A DNA stretch of 36,859 nucleotides from Myxococcota bacterium (GTDB taxonomy: Bacteria > Myxococcota_A > Polyangia > Polyangiales > Sandaracinaceae). The stretch spans positions 1 to 36,859 of the forward strand of contig JAYZQJ010000037.1 of assembly GCA_036149055.1 (NCBI GenBank), written 5' to 3'. Made by a program: the position numbers and the translations under genes. Below are positions 8,365-18,971 of the stretch, in pieces. Position 1 is the first letter of the stretch, and each line of letters starts with the position of its first letter. Under the pieces are notes generated by a model. It made no database searches, was not told where the DNA came from, and worked only from the letters and a program-made list of their open reading frames with translations.

Positions 8365-10476
8365 ATGAGAAAGAGCTTGTGCTTGGGCGTCGCCCTCGCG
8401 CTCGGATCCGCGCTCGCGGTCGGGTGTGACGGCGATGGCGACGAGATGGACTCGGGCGTCGACTCCGGCGTGATGGACACCGACTCCGGCACCGACGACG
8501 ACTCGGGGGTCGACACCGACTCGGGCGTCGACATGGACGGCGGCGTCGACCCGGACGGCGGCCCCGACGACGCGGGCATGACCGACGCGGGCCCGCCCGG
8601 CGGCGGCGCGGCGACCAGCGCGCAGATCCAGGCGGTGCTCGACGCGGCCGACGGCGCGGTCGACCTCATGATCGAGGGCGCGATCGTCACCTACGTGAAG
8701 CCCGCGATCGACGACGGCGTCGACGGCGCCGGCTTCTTCGTCCAGGCCGAGCAGATGGGCCCGGCCCTCTTCGTCAACGTCGACCCCACCGGCCTCTCGG
8801 CGCCGCCCGACGCGGGCCAGGTCGTCGACTTCCGCGTGACGACGCGCGCCACCGACGACAGCACGTCGGGCGACGGCAGCAACATCCCGTACGCCGCGGC
8901 CATCGACATGTGGAACGTGGTCAGCTCGGGCAACGACACCTCCTTCCTCGTGCAGGAGGTCAGCGCGGTCGACCTCGTCGCCAACCGCGCGGACTACCTC
9001 GCGGAGCTGATCTCGCTCACCGCGGTGATCGACGGCGGCTTCGGCTTCGCCGGCACCGGCTTCCGCGCCGCGCAGATCACCACCGCCGGCGTGACCACCG
9101 CCAGCGCCGACTTCCGCTTCCGCGTGCCGGCGATGGTGCTCGAGGGCAGCACCCTCGGCACCGGCTGCACCGTCGACCTCGGCCCGACCCCGCTCTGGCA
9201 GTTCGACACCGCGGCGCAGCCCTCGGCGTGGCGCGAGGCGGACTTCACCGTCACCGCCTGCCCCGAGCCGGCGGCGGGTGATCTCGTCATCACCGAGATC
9301 GGCTACAACTTCGCCGGCGACGACTCCGACCTCGAGTTCATCGAGATCCACAACCCGAGCTCGAGCGACTCGTTCGACCTCGCCGGCTGCCGGCTCGCCG
9401 ACTCGGACGGCTTCACCGGCGCCAACGCGTTCGAGGTCTCGAGCTCGCTGATCGTCGGGCCCGGTCAGTTCATCACCATCGCCGGCTCGATGAGCGAGAT
9501 CATGGGCGAGGCCACGCTCCCGGCGGCGCTCTCGTTCGACGACTCCGACGCGGCCCAGATCGGCTGCTCCTGCACCGCCGGCGCGGACTGCGCGGTGACC
9601 GTCGACGCGGTCGACTGGAGCTCGATGAGCTTCCCGGCGTCGATGGACGACGTGAGCGTGCAGCTCGACGCGGCCGCGGTCGGCCCCGACGGCGCCACCA
9701 ACAACGACGTGCTCGCGCTCTGGTGTCTCACGCCCGAGGGCGAGACCTACGGCACGATGAGCCGCCGCGGCACGCCGGGGATCGCGAACCCGCCCTGCTC
9801 GCCGCCCGCCGTGGTCCGCGTCAACGAGGTCAACGCCAACATCTCCGGCGGCTGCGACCTCGTGGAGCTGCGCGTCGTCAGCGGCGGCAGCCTCGCGGGC
9901 TTCGAGCTCCGCGAGCGCACCTCCACGGTGCTCACCTTCCCGATCGGCTTCAGCGTCGCCACCAACGACCTCATCGTCGTGCACTTCGACAGCGGCGACT
10001 CGAGCTGCAACGGCGGCGCGGTGAGCGCGCCCGCCGACGAGGTGCTCACGCCGATGGACCAGCCGTCCGCGGTCGTGTCGCCCAACTACGACACGGCCTT
10101 CGACTTCTGGTCGAGCGACAGCGGCATCACCTCCACCGACAACGTCATCTGGCTGCGTGATCCGGCCGGCACCGTCGTCGAGGCGGTCCTCATCTCGGAC
10201 GGCGCGACCGGCACCGCGGCGGGCGGCTCGGAGAGCGCGGCGGCCGACGTGGCGGCGGCCGGCGAGTGGACGATGGTCGGCGGCGGCGTGCCCGCGGGCG
10301 GCTTCGTCGACGACGACTTCAACATGCACGCCGTCCAGGACAGCGGCGGCACCGGCACCGACGCGTCCGGCGAGTCGATCCAGCGGAACGACGACGCCGA
10401 CATGAACGACCGCGACGACTGGGTGCAGGCGGCCAGCAGCTGGGGCGCCCTCAACGCCGGTCAGAGCGCGCTCTAG
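8365..10476 (+). CDS. Lipoprotein with acidic linker, OB-fold-like region and two lamin-tail-like (LTD) domains
   Basis: Lipobox LAVG-C after a signal peptide; EGAIVTYV..GFFVQ (nuclease-associated OB-fold-like); GDLVITEI..EFIEIHNP..FDLAGCRL and VRVNEV..DLVELR (LTD-like); GTPG..NPPC. Confidence 0.8.
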   Translation: MRKSLCLGVALALGSALAVGCDGDGDEMDSGVDSGVMDTDSGTDDDSGVDTDSGVDMDGGVDPDGGPDDAGMTDAGPPGGGAATSAQIQAVLDAADGAVDLMIEGAIVTYVKPAIDDGVDGAGFFVQAEQMGPALFVNVDPTGLSAPPDAGQVVDFRVTTRATDDSTSGDGSNIPYAAAIDMWNVVSSGNDTSFLVQEVSAVDLVANRADYLAELISLTAVIDGGFGFAGTGFRAAQITTAGVTTASADFRFRVPAMVLEGSTLGTGCTVDLGPTPLWQFDTAAQPSAWREADFTVTACPEPAAGDLVITEIGYNFAGDDSDLEFIEIHNPSSSDSFDLAGCRLADSDGFTGANAFEVSSSLIVGPGQFITIAGSMSEIMGEATLPAALSFDDSDAAQIGCSCTAGADCAVTVDAVDWSSMSFPASMDDVSVQLDAAAVGPDGATNNDVLALWCLTPEGETYGTMSRRGTPGIANPPCSPPAVVRVNEVNANISGGCDLVELRVVSGGSLAGFELRERTSTVLTFPIGFSVATNDLIVVHFDSGDSSCNGGAVSAPADEVLTPMDQPSAVVSPNYDTAFDFWSSDSGITSTDNVIWLRDPAGTVVEAVLISDGATGTAAGGSESAAADVAAAGEWTMVGGGVPAGGFVDDDFNMHAVQDSGGTGTDASGESIQRNDDADMNDRDDWVQAASSWGALNAGQSAL
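8449..8592 (+). repeat. Degenerate 18-bp coding repeat (D-S/G/A-G-x-D-x linker)
   Basis: GACTCGGGCGTCGAC-like units encode DSGVDSGVMDTDSGTDDDSGVDTDSGVDMDGGVDPDGGPDDAGMTDAG. Confidence 0.7.
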
Positions 10477-10498
10477 CAGCGCGCGGCGTCCGAACGAG

Positions 10499-10532
10499 AG
10501 GCGGCGTCCCACCCGGGGCGCCGCCTTTTTTT
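10499..10532 (+). terminator. Rho-independent terminator between convergent genes
   Basis: AGGCGGCGTCCC-ACCC-GGGGCGCCGCCT stem-loop followed by a T run; abuts the stop codon of the minus-strand hydrolase. Confidence 0.85.
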
Positions 10533-11482
10533 CAGCGGAAGCGGTGGAGCCAGCGGAAGAGCTGGGGCTCGAGCGGGCCGGCGTGATCGTCGCCCGCGAG
10601 CCGGAGGTCGTCGGGGAAGCCGATGTGGCCGCCCTCGGTCCAGGCGATCTCGACCGCGTCCGACGCGCGCTCGAGCCAGGGCCGGAGGCCGCCGGCGGTG
10701 ACGACCGGGTCCTCGTGCGCCGCGACGAAGAGGGTGGGCAGATCGCAGCCCTCGAGCATCGGCCCGGCGCTCGCCGCCTCGTAGTAGTGCGCGCGGTCCC
10801 GCCAGCCGAAGCGGGGGACCACGACCTCGTCGTCCCACTCGAGGATGGTCCGGATCGACATCGCCCGGGCGACCGAGATCGGCATCGCGCGGCGCGCGGC
10901 GGCGGCGCGGTAGATGTCCTTGAGCCCGCGCAGCACGTGCCACTGGTAGGGCCGGCCGCCGGGGCGCTGGATGGCCTTGGCGCCGTAGGCGAGATCGAGC
11001 GGGGCGCAGACCGCGACCAGGGCGCGCACCCGCGGATCACGGTCCGGCTCGTGGGCCCAGCGGAGCGCCATGTGCCCACCCATCGAGAAGCCGATGACGT
11101 AGAGGCGTCGGTAGCGGGCGAGGGCCGAGCTGGCGAGCGCGGCCCTCAGATCGTCGCTCAGCGCGGCGTGATAGATGTCCTCGCCGCTGCGGTCGGCGCC
11201 TCGACAGTGGAGGCGCAGGTAGCTCATGCCCGCGCCGAGGGCCTCGCGCGCGGCGCAGAGCACGTACCGGCTGTCGGCGCTGCCGCCGAGGCCGTGCACG
11301 AGCACCACGCAGGTGTCGGCGTGCGGCGCCTCTCGGAGCCAGCCGGTGAGACGGACCGGGCCGTGCCGCGGGTCGTCGACGTGGGTGTGCCAGGGCTCGT
11401 CGCGAGGGACGGGCTCGGGACGCAGCACGTGGAGGACGTGGGGCGTGAGGGTCCAGAAGTGGCCATGAAGGGACCTGCGCAC
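10532..11482 (-). CDS. Alpha/beta hydrolase, YheT family
   Basis: GHFWT, VLVHGLGGS..SRY, GFSMGG nucleophile elbow, AHEDPVV (Asp) and GGHIGF (His); this is the C-terminal part of the ORF 10532..13459, started at GTG 11482. Confidence 0.88.
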   Translation of the reverse strand: MRRSLHGHFWTLTPHVLHVLRPEPVPRDEPWHTHVDDPRHGPVRLTGWLREAPHADTCVVLVHGLGGSADSRYVLCAAREALGAGMSYLRLHCRGADRSGEDIYHAALSDDLRAALASSALARYRRLYVIGFSMGGHMALRWAHEPDRDPRVRALVAVCAPLDLAYGAKAIQRPGGRPYQWHVLRGLKDIYRAAAARRAMPISVARAMSIRTILEWDDEVVVPRFGWRDRAHYYEAASAGPMLEGCDLPTLFVAAHEDPVVTAGGLRPWLERASDAVEIAWTEGGHIGFPDDLRLAGDDHAGPLEPQLFRWLHRFR

Positions 11483-11532
11483 GGGGACGGAACCTAAGGG
11501 ATGGCCGCTGGGAAACAAGGAAACACCGTCCC

Positions 11533-12411
11533 TCAGGTGGAGGCTGGGTCCTGGCCGTAGGCCTGGGTGAGCAGCGCGTAGAGCTCCGGGGCCTTCTTCT
11601 TGAGCTGCTCCGGGCGCTCGAAGAAGACCTCGGTCGCGACCGCGAAGAACTCGGCCTCGTTCTCCGCCGCGTACTGGCGGAGCACCGAGCGGTGCTTCTC
11701 GATCTTGGCGGTCTCGGCGTGCATCTGCTCGAGCCACGGCTGGATGGCGCCCCACGGCATGAAGCCGGGCACGCCGTCGGCGCGGCCGTACTCGAAGTCG
11801 AGCACGTGCGCGAACTCGTGATAGCCGACGTTGCGCCCGTCGTGCTCCCCGCGGAAGCCCTGCCGCAGGCTGCGCGCGCTGAACAGGATGGGCCCCTGCC
11901 CGTGCACCATGCCGAGGATGTTGCCGTCCGCCTTGACGTTGTACTCGTCGTCGAAGGCCTGGTCGTAGACCACGACGTCGCGCAGCTGCGGGTAGCGGAA
12001 GCCGGGCCGGCCGAAGACGACGACCACCGCGCTCGCGGCCACCAGGAGGCGCAGCTCGTCGTCGAGCGCCGCGCCGCGCGGCCCGGTGATCACCTGCTCG
12101 TCGAGGAAGATGGCGACCTCGCGCTCGAAGCGGCGGCGGCCGGGCGCGTCGAGGTCGCGGTAGAAGCCCACCCACTCCTCGAGGATGTCGCGCCAGGCCG
12201 CGGGGAAGGGCCGGGTGGCCACGCGTCGGCGCCGGCGATCCTTGCGCGTCGCGATCCAGTACGCGGCGGCCGCCACCGCGAGCCCGGTCGCCGGACCCAC
12301 CCAGACGGCGGCGTCGAAGCGCAGGTGCACGAACCCGCCGACGGCCGCGCCGACCAGGGCGGAGAGGAGCGCTCGCCAGGGCGAGAGCGCGGGCGGGAGG
12401 TCGCGGTCCAA
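11533..12411 (-). CDS. Zinc-dependent peptidase, MtfA / M90 family, with N-terminal TM helices
   Basis: DGRNVGYHEFAHVLD (HExxH), ADGVP, YAAENEAEFFAVATEVFFERP..L....PELYALL...YGQDP. Confidence 0.9.
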   Translation of the reverse strand: MDRDLPPALSPWRALLSALVGAAVGGFVHLRFDAAVWVGPATGLAVAAAAYWIATRKDRRRRRVATRPFPAAWRDILEEWVGFYRDLDAPGRRRFEREVAIFLDEQVITGPRGAALDDELRLLVAASAVVVVFGRPGFRYPQLRDVVVYDQAFDDEYNVKADGNILGMVHGQGPILFSARSLRQGFRGEHDGRNVGYHEFAHVLDFEYGRADGVPGFMPWGAIQPWLEQMHAETAKIEKHRSVLRQYAAENEAEFFAVATEVFFERPEQLKKKAPELYALLTQAYGQDPAST

Positions 12412-12463
12412 CGCCTCGGAAGGGTAGCCCCCCGCGCCGCCTTCGCTCTACGTTTCGCGCGCC

Positions 12464-13669
12464 GTGACCGAAGATTCGACGACAGGCCCGCTCGCCGGGA
12501 TCCGCGTGCTCCAGCTCGGGCAGCTCCTGGCGGGGCCCTGGGCGGGCACCCTCCTCGCCTACTTCGGCGCCGAGGTGATCGACGTCGAGCCGCCCGAGGG
12601 CGACCCGATCCGCTCCTGGCGCACCCTCGACGAGGGCGGGACGTCCTACTGGTGGCGGTCGATCGCTCGCAACAAACGTTGCGTCGGTCTGAACCTCCGG
12701 GCGGAGGAGGGGAGGGCGCTGGCCCGGCGGCTCGCGCTCGAGTGCGACGTGCTCGTCGAGAACTTCCGGCCGGGCACGATGGAGCGCTGGGGGCTCGGCC
12801 CGGAGCGCTTCGAGGTCGACAAGCCCTCGCTGATCTACGCGCGGGTCTCGGGCTACGGCCAGACCGGGCCCTACCGCGATCGGCCGGGCTACGCGTCGGT
12901 CGCGGAGGCGATCGGCGGGCTGCGGCACCTCACCGGCTACCCGGGCGAGCCTTCGGTGCGGCCGAACCTCAGCCTCGGCGACACCATCGCCGGCGTGCAC
13001 ACCGCGCTCGGGATCGCGCTCGCGCTCCTCGAGCGTCGCGAGAGCGGGCGGGGCCAGGTCATCGACACGGCGCTCTACGAGTCGGTCTTCGCGCTCCTGG
13101 AGTCGGTGACGGTCGAGCACTCGGGCGCCGGCGTGGTGCGGCAGCCGTCCGGCAAGGCGCTCACCGGGGTGGTGCCCTCGAGCCTCTACCCGTGCCGGGG
13201 CGGCAAGCAGGTCGTGATCGGCGCGAACGGCGAGACGGTGTTCGCCCGGCTGATGACCGCCATCGGCCGCCCCGAGCTCGCCGCCGACCCGCGCTTCCGC
13301 GACAACCCGTCGCGGGTGTCTCACAGCGAGACGCTCGACGCGATCATCGGCGCCTGGACGGCGGAGCGCACCGTCGGGCAGGTCGTCGACGCGCTCGTCG
13401 AGGCCTCGGTGCCGTGCGGCCCGATCTACGACGCGGCCGACATGCGCGCCGACCCCCACTTCCAGGCGCGCGGGCTCTACGAGCCGGTGGAGGTCGAGGG
13501 CGCGCGGCTCGAGCTGCCCGCGCTCCAGCCCCGGCTGACCCGGACCCCGGGCCGGACGCGCTGGGCCGGGCGGGACGTGGGCGCGGACACCGACGCGGTG
13601 CTCGGCGAGCTGCTCGGTCTCGAGCCCAATGATCTCGAACGCTTACGAGCGGACGCCATCATTCGGTGA
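12464..13669 (+). CDS. Class III CoA-transferase (CaiB/BaiF family)
   Basis: GPLAGIRVL, LAGP, GAEVIDVEPPEGDPIR, ARNKR, DVLVENFRPG, SGYGQTGPY, LGD (catalytic Asp), GRGQVID. Confidence 0.93.
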   Translation: MTEDSTTGPLAGIRVLQLGQLLAGPWAGTLLAYFGAEVIDVEPPEGDPIRSWRTLDEGGTSYWWRSIARNKRCVGLNLRAEEGRALARRLALECDVLVENFRPGTMERWGLGPERFEVDKPSLIYARVSGYGQTGPYRDRPGYASVAEAIGGLRHLTGYPGEPSVRPNLSLGDTIAGVHTALGIALALLERRESGRGQVIDTALYESVFALLESVTVEHSGAGVVRQPSGKALTGVVPSSLYPCRGGKQVVIGANGETVFARLMTAIGRPELAADPRFRDNPSRVSHSETLDAIIGAWTAERTVGQVVDALVEASVPCGPIYDAADMRADPHFQARGLYEPVEVEGARLELPALQPRLTRTPGRTRWAGRDVGADTDAVLGELLGLEPNDLERLRADAIIR

Positions 13670-13732
13670 CCTCCACGTCGCGGGGCGTGCTGCCGTATGT
13701 GCCCCGACGCGGTATTCTTTCCGCGAGGTCGA

Positions 13733-15487
<1,755 letters not shown>

Positions 15488-15549
15488 TCCCTCGCCTCCG
15501 TGCCCCGTCGCGCCCGCTCGACGGCCGGCGTCGTGGTAAGATTCCGTCG

Positions 15550-16341
15550 ATGCGACTTGGGATGTGGCTTGCGGTGGCGCTCGCGATCGCGCCCCTCTCG
15601 GCGGCGTACGCGCAGGACGACGGACGGTCGCCGGCCACGCTCACCGAGGAGGAGCGCACGGAGCGCGCGCGCACGCTCTTCGGCGAGGGCCTCGAGCTCG
15701 CCGACGCCGGCGACTGGGACCGCGCGGTGCACCGCTTCCGTCGGGCGCTCGAGCTCCGGGCGGCGGCCCCGATCCGCTACAACCTCGCGACCTCGCTCGC
15801 CCGCATGGGACGGCTCGTGGAGGCGCTGGAGGAGGTGGAGGCGATCCTCGAGGACCCCGAGGCGGACGAGGAGGTCCAGGCGGCGAGCCGGACGCTGCAG
15901 GGCGAGCTCACCCCGCGCCTCGGTCGGCTGAGCGTCACGATCCGCGGTGACGCCAGCGGCACCCTCGTCACGGTGGACGGCCGGCCCTGGGAGTCCCTCG
16001 GTGAGCCGATCGCGGCCGACCCGGGCATCCGGGTCGCGCGCCTGGTGCGCGACACGGACGAGCTCGACGTCGAGGAGGTCGACGTGCCCGAGGGCGGCGC
16101 CGCCCAGGTCCAGCTCGAGGTGCCGATGCCCACGCGGATCGCGGCCCCCGATCTCGCGGTGACCGAGGAGCCCGGGGCCGAGCAGGGCGGCGACGACGGC
16201 CTGATCATCGGCCTGGTCGTCGGCGCCGGGGTGCTGGCGGTCGGCGCGGCGGTGCTGATCGGCGTGCTGGTGGGGACGAGCCAGGGCGGTCCCTCGCCGA
16301 GCATGGGGGACTTCATGCCCGGCGTGCTGGAGTTCGAATGA
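15550..16341 (+). CDS. Secreted TPR + PEGA-like protein with C-terminal hydrophobic helix
   Basis: Signal peptide ..AYA-Q; ARTLFGEGLELADAGDWDRAVHRFRRAL..YNLATSLARMGRLVEA (TPR); LGRLSVTI..VTVDG (PEGA-like); hydrophobic LIIGLVVGAGVLAVGAAVLIGVLV. Confidence 0.82.
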   Translation: MRLGMWLAVALAIAPLSAAYAQDDGRSPATLTEEERTERARTLFGEGLELADAGDWDRAVHRFRRALELRAAAPIRYNLATSLARMGRLVEALEEVEAILEDPEADEEVQAASRTLQGELTPRLGRLSVTIRGDASGTLVTVDGRPWESLGEPIAADPGIRVARLVRDTDELDVEEVDVPEGGAAQVQLEVPMPTRIAAPDLAVTEEPGAEQGGDDGLIIGLVVGAGVLAVGAAVLIGVLVGTSQGGPSPSMGDFMPGVLEFE

Positions 16342-18086
16342 TGCGCCGCGCCATCCTCCTCGTGCTCGCGCTCGTGCTCTCGGCCTGCGGCGGTGAGCTC
16401 ACCGAGATCGTGCTCGTCGTCGACACCGACATCGCCGACGTCGACGTCTTCCGCATCGACGCGGTCGGCCCCGACGGCGAGTCGCGCATGGCCGACGCGG
16501 ACCTGAGCGCCCAGGCGGCGCCGCGGCGCCTCGTGCTGCACCACAAGGGCGGGGCCCTCGGCCCGGTGCGCCTCACCGTGCGCGGGCTCGCCGGAGCGGA
16601 GGAGCGCGCGAGCGTCCAGCGCGACGTGACCTTCGAGCCGGGCGAGAGCCTGACGCTCCGGGTCTTCCTCACCGCGTGCAGCTGCGCGGCCGGTGAGACC
16701 TGCGGCAACGACGGCGCGTGCCGCGGCGCGACGGTCGCGCCCTGCGAGTACGAGGGGCGCTCCTGTTCTCCGGCCGATGGTGGCGTCGACGCGGGTGACG
16801 GGGACGGCGGGGCGGAGGATGGGGGCGCCGACGACAGCGGCGTCGACGCGGGGCCGGGCTGCGGGTACGACCCGGCGATCTGCGGGGTCGCCGACCGGCT
16901 GCTGCCCAGCGACGTGATCACGCCCCAGCCGTGCGATCCGCCCCCGGGCCCGATCACGATCACCGTCACCGGCCCCGCGGGCGCCGTGGCGCCGTCGGGC
17001 GGGGGCTACCGGCTCGACGCGTCGGGGGGCTACGACGTGCAGGTCGTGCTCGACGCGGAGGGCTGCGGCCCCACCCGCACCGTCGAGGTCGCGTCCGCGG
17101 TGGCGGTGGCGGACATGGGGTTGACCCGGGACGACCTCCGCGACTTCGACGCGCGCCTGGGGACGGCGTTCGTGGTGGGTCGGCGCGGCGTGTGGGGGGT
17201 CGACGAGACCAGCTGGGTCGATCTCCGGGCGCCGGGCGTGGCGACCGGTGACGTCGCGCCGGAGGACCTGCGGGCGGTGGCCGTCGTCGACGGCGAGGCG
17301 GTCGTCGGCCCGAACGCCGACATGGACGCGGTCTTCCGGGTGGACCCGAGCGCCGATCTCCGCACGGCCGGCCACGCGCGCGTCGGGCTGCCGGGGGGCA
17401 GCCGGGACGTGCCCCAGATGGGGCGCCGCGTGGAGGCGTCCGGCGCGGCCGCGGTCGCCACCGAGCACATCCTCGTGCTCACCGATCCGACCGGCGCGGC
17501 GAGCGTGAGCGAGCGCAACCCGAGCTACGAGGCGCAGGGCTGGGTGACGCTCGGCGCGCTCGAGAACGGGCGCATCGGCGCCGTCTGGGGCGGCCGCACC
17601 GACGAGATCGTCAACCGCCGCCTCCCGGGGGGCGGAGGCGGCGGGACGCTGAACGACGGAGCCGCGGTCAACCCCCCCGGCTTCCTCGGCGCGCTGCGCG
17701 ACGGGTGGGTCGACGACCGGGGCGAGCTCCGCCCCAACCTGTGGCTCTGCGGCTCGACCGCGGTGGCGCGCTTCTCCTTCTCCGGGTTCGTCGACTGGCC
17801 CGAGCGGGACAGCCTCCCGACGCCCGACCACCGCTGGGACGGCGCGTGCGCGGACATGGGCATCGACGAGCCCGGGCGCATCTGGGTCGTGGACGGAGGG
17901 CCGGCGCCCACGCTGCTCGAGGACGACGCCACCCCGCGGCTGACCCTCGGCCCCGCGCACGGGTTTCCGCCCGAGGCCCGGCTGGATCACGTCGCCACGG
18001 TCTGGGACGCGACCACCCGCGAGGTCTGGTTCCTCGACGCGACGGCGCGGGTCGTCTACCTCATGCGGGCAGACGCGCTGCCCTGA
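16338..18086 (+). CDS. Hypothetical Cys-rich lipoprotein with a probable beta-rich C-terminal domain
   Basis: Lipobox LSA-C; TEIVLVVDTD N-terminal beta domain; CSCAAGETCGNDGAC; DGG/DAG linker; start overlaps the upstream stop (ATGA). Confidence 0.78.
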   Translation: MMRRAILLVLALVLSACGGELTEIVLVVDTDIADVDVFRIDAVGPDGESRMADADLSAQAAPRRLVLHHKGGALGPVRLTVRGLAGAEERASVQRDVTFEPGESLTLRVFLTACSCAAGETCGNDGACRGATVAPCEYEGRSCSPADGGVDAGDGDGGAEDGGADDSGVDAGPGCGYDPAICGVADRLLPSDVITPQPCDPPPGPITITVTGPAGAVAPSGGGYRLDASGGYDVQVVLDAEGCGPTRTVEVASAVAVADMGLTRDDLRDFDARLGTAFVVGRRGVWGVDETSWVDLRAPGVATGDVAPEDLRAVAVVDGEAVVGPNADMDAVFRVDPSADLRTAGHARVGLPGGSRDVPQMGRRVEASGAAAVATEHILVLTDPTGAASVSERNPSYEAQGWVTLGALENGRIGAVWGGRTDEIVNRRLPGGGGGGTLNDGAAVNPPGFLGALRDGWVDDRGELRPNLWLCGSTAVARFSFSGFVDWPERDSLPTPDHRWDGACADMGIDEPGRIWVVDGGPAPTLLEDDATPRLTLGPAHGFPPEARLDHVATVWDATTREVWFLDATARVVYLMRADALP

Positions 18087-18107
18087 CACTGCTAGGGTGC
18101 CCGCCCC

Positions 18108-18971
18108 GTGCGGCTCGGCGTCATCGGCGACATCCACCTCTGCTTCGACGAGGTCGACGTGCGTCAGCTCGACGAGGAGAGCTACGACGCGCTCCTCTTC
18201 GTCGGCGACCTGGCCGCCTACTCGGTCAAGGGCGGGCTCGAGATCGCGCGCCGCATCGCGTCGCTCTCGACGCCGACCTACGTCATGCCCGGCAACCACG
18301 ACGCCGCGCACGTCGGGCAGATGGCGGCCGAGGTGCTCGAGGTCGACGCCCTGATCCCGCTCCTGAACCTCGGGCAGGAGGATCGCGAGGCCGAGCTCGC
18401 CGACGCCCTGCGGCCCGCGATCCTCACCGGCTACAGCCGGCACACGCTCGAGGTCGACGGCCGGGTCGTGGAGATCGTCGCCGGGCGGCCGCACTCCGCC
18501 GGGGGGCCCCGCCTCGCCTTCCGCCCCCACCTCGACGCGCGCTTCGGGGTGGAGGATCTCGAAGACTCGGTGCGCACGCTGACCGCGCTCGTCGACGAGT
18601 CCGAGGCCGACGAGCTCATCTTCTTCGCGCACAACGGGCCCCACGGGCTCGGGGGCAAGCGGGACGACATCTGGGGCTGCGACTTCCGCAAGGAGGAGGG
18701 CGACTTCGGCGACCTCGACCTCGAGCGGGCCATCGAGCACGCCCGACGCCGGGGCAAGCGCGTGCGCGCGGTCGTCGCCGGACACATGCATCACGCCTTG
18801 CGGGGCGGCGGCCACCGTCGCTGGCAGCTCGAGCGCGACGGCACCCTCTACCTCAACGCCGCCCGCGTGCCGCGCATCTTCGAGCGGGCGGGCCGCACGC
18901 TGCGCCACCACGTGGAGCTGCGGGTCGACGCGGATCGCGTGCACGCGCGCGAGGTCCTCCGGAGCACCTGA
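18108..18971 (+). CDS. Calcineurin-like metallophosphoesterase (TIGR04168-like)
   Basis: GDIH, FVGD, PGNHD, AHNGP.GLG, GDFGDLDL, GHMHH and GTLYLNAARVPR motifs. Confidence 0.87.
   Translation: MRLGVIGDIHLCFDEVDVRQLDEESYDALLFVGDLAAYSVKGGLEIARRIASLSTPTYVMPGNHDAAHVGQMAAEVLEVDALIPLLNLGQEDREAELADALRPAILTGYSRHTLEVDGRVVEIVAGRPHSAGGPRLAFRPHLDARFGVEDLEDSVRTLTALVDESEADELIFFAHNGPHGLGGKRDDIWGCDFRKEEGDFGDLDLERAIEHARRRGKRVRAVVAGHMHHALRGGGHRRWQLERDGTLYLNAARVPRIFERAGRTLRHHVELRVDADRVHAREVLRST

Noticed and set aside
11483..13459. Apparent 975-aa fusion ending in the YheT hydrolase
   Set aside because: The upstream part overlaps the MtfA and CaiB genes in other frames; only 10532-11482 looks coding
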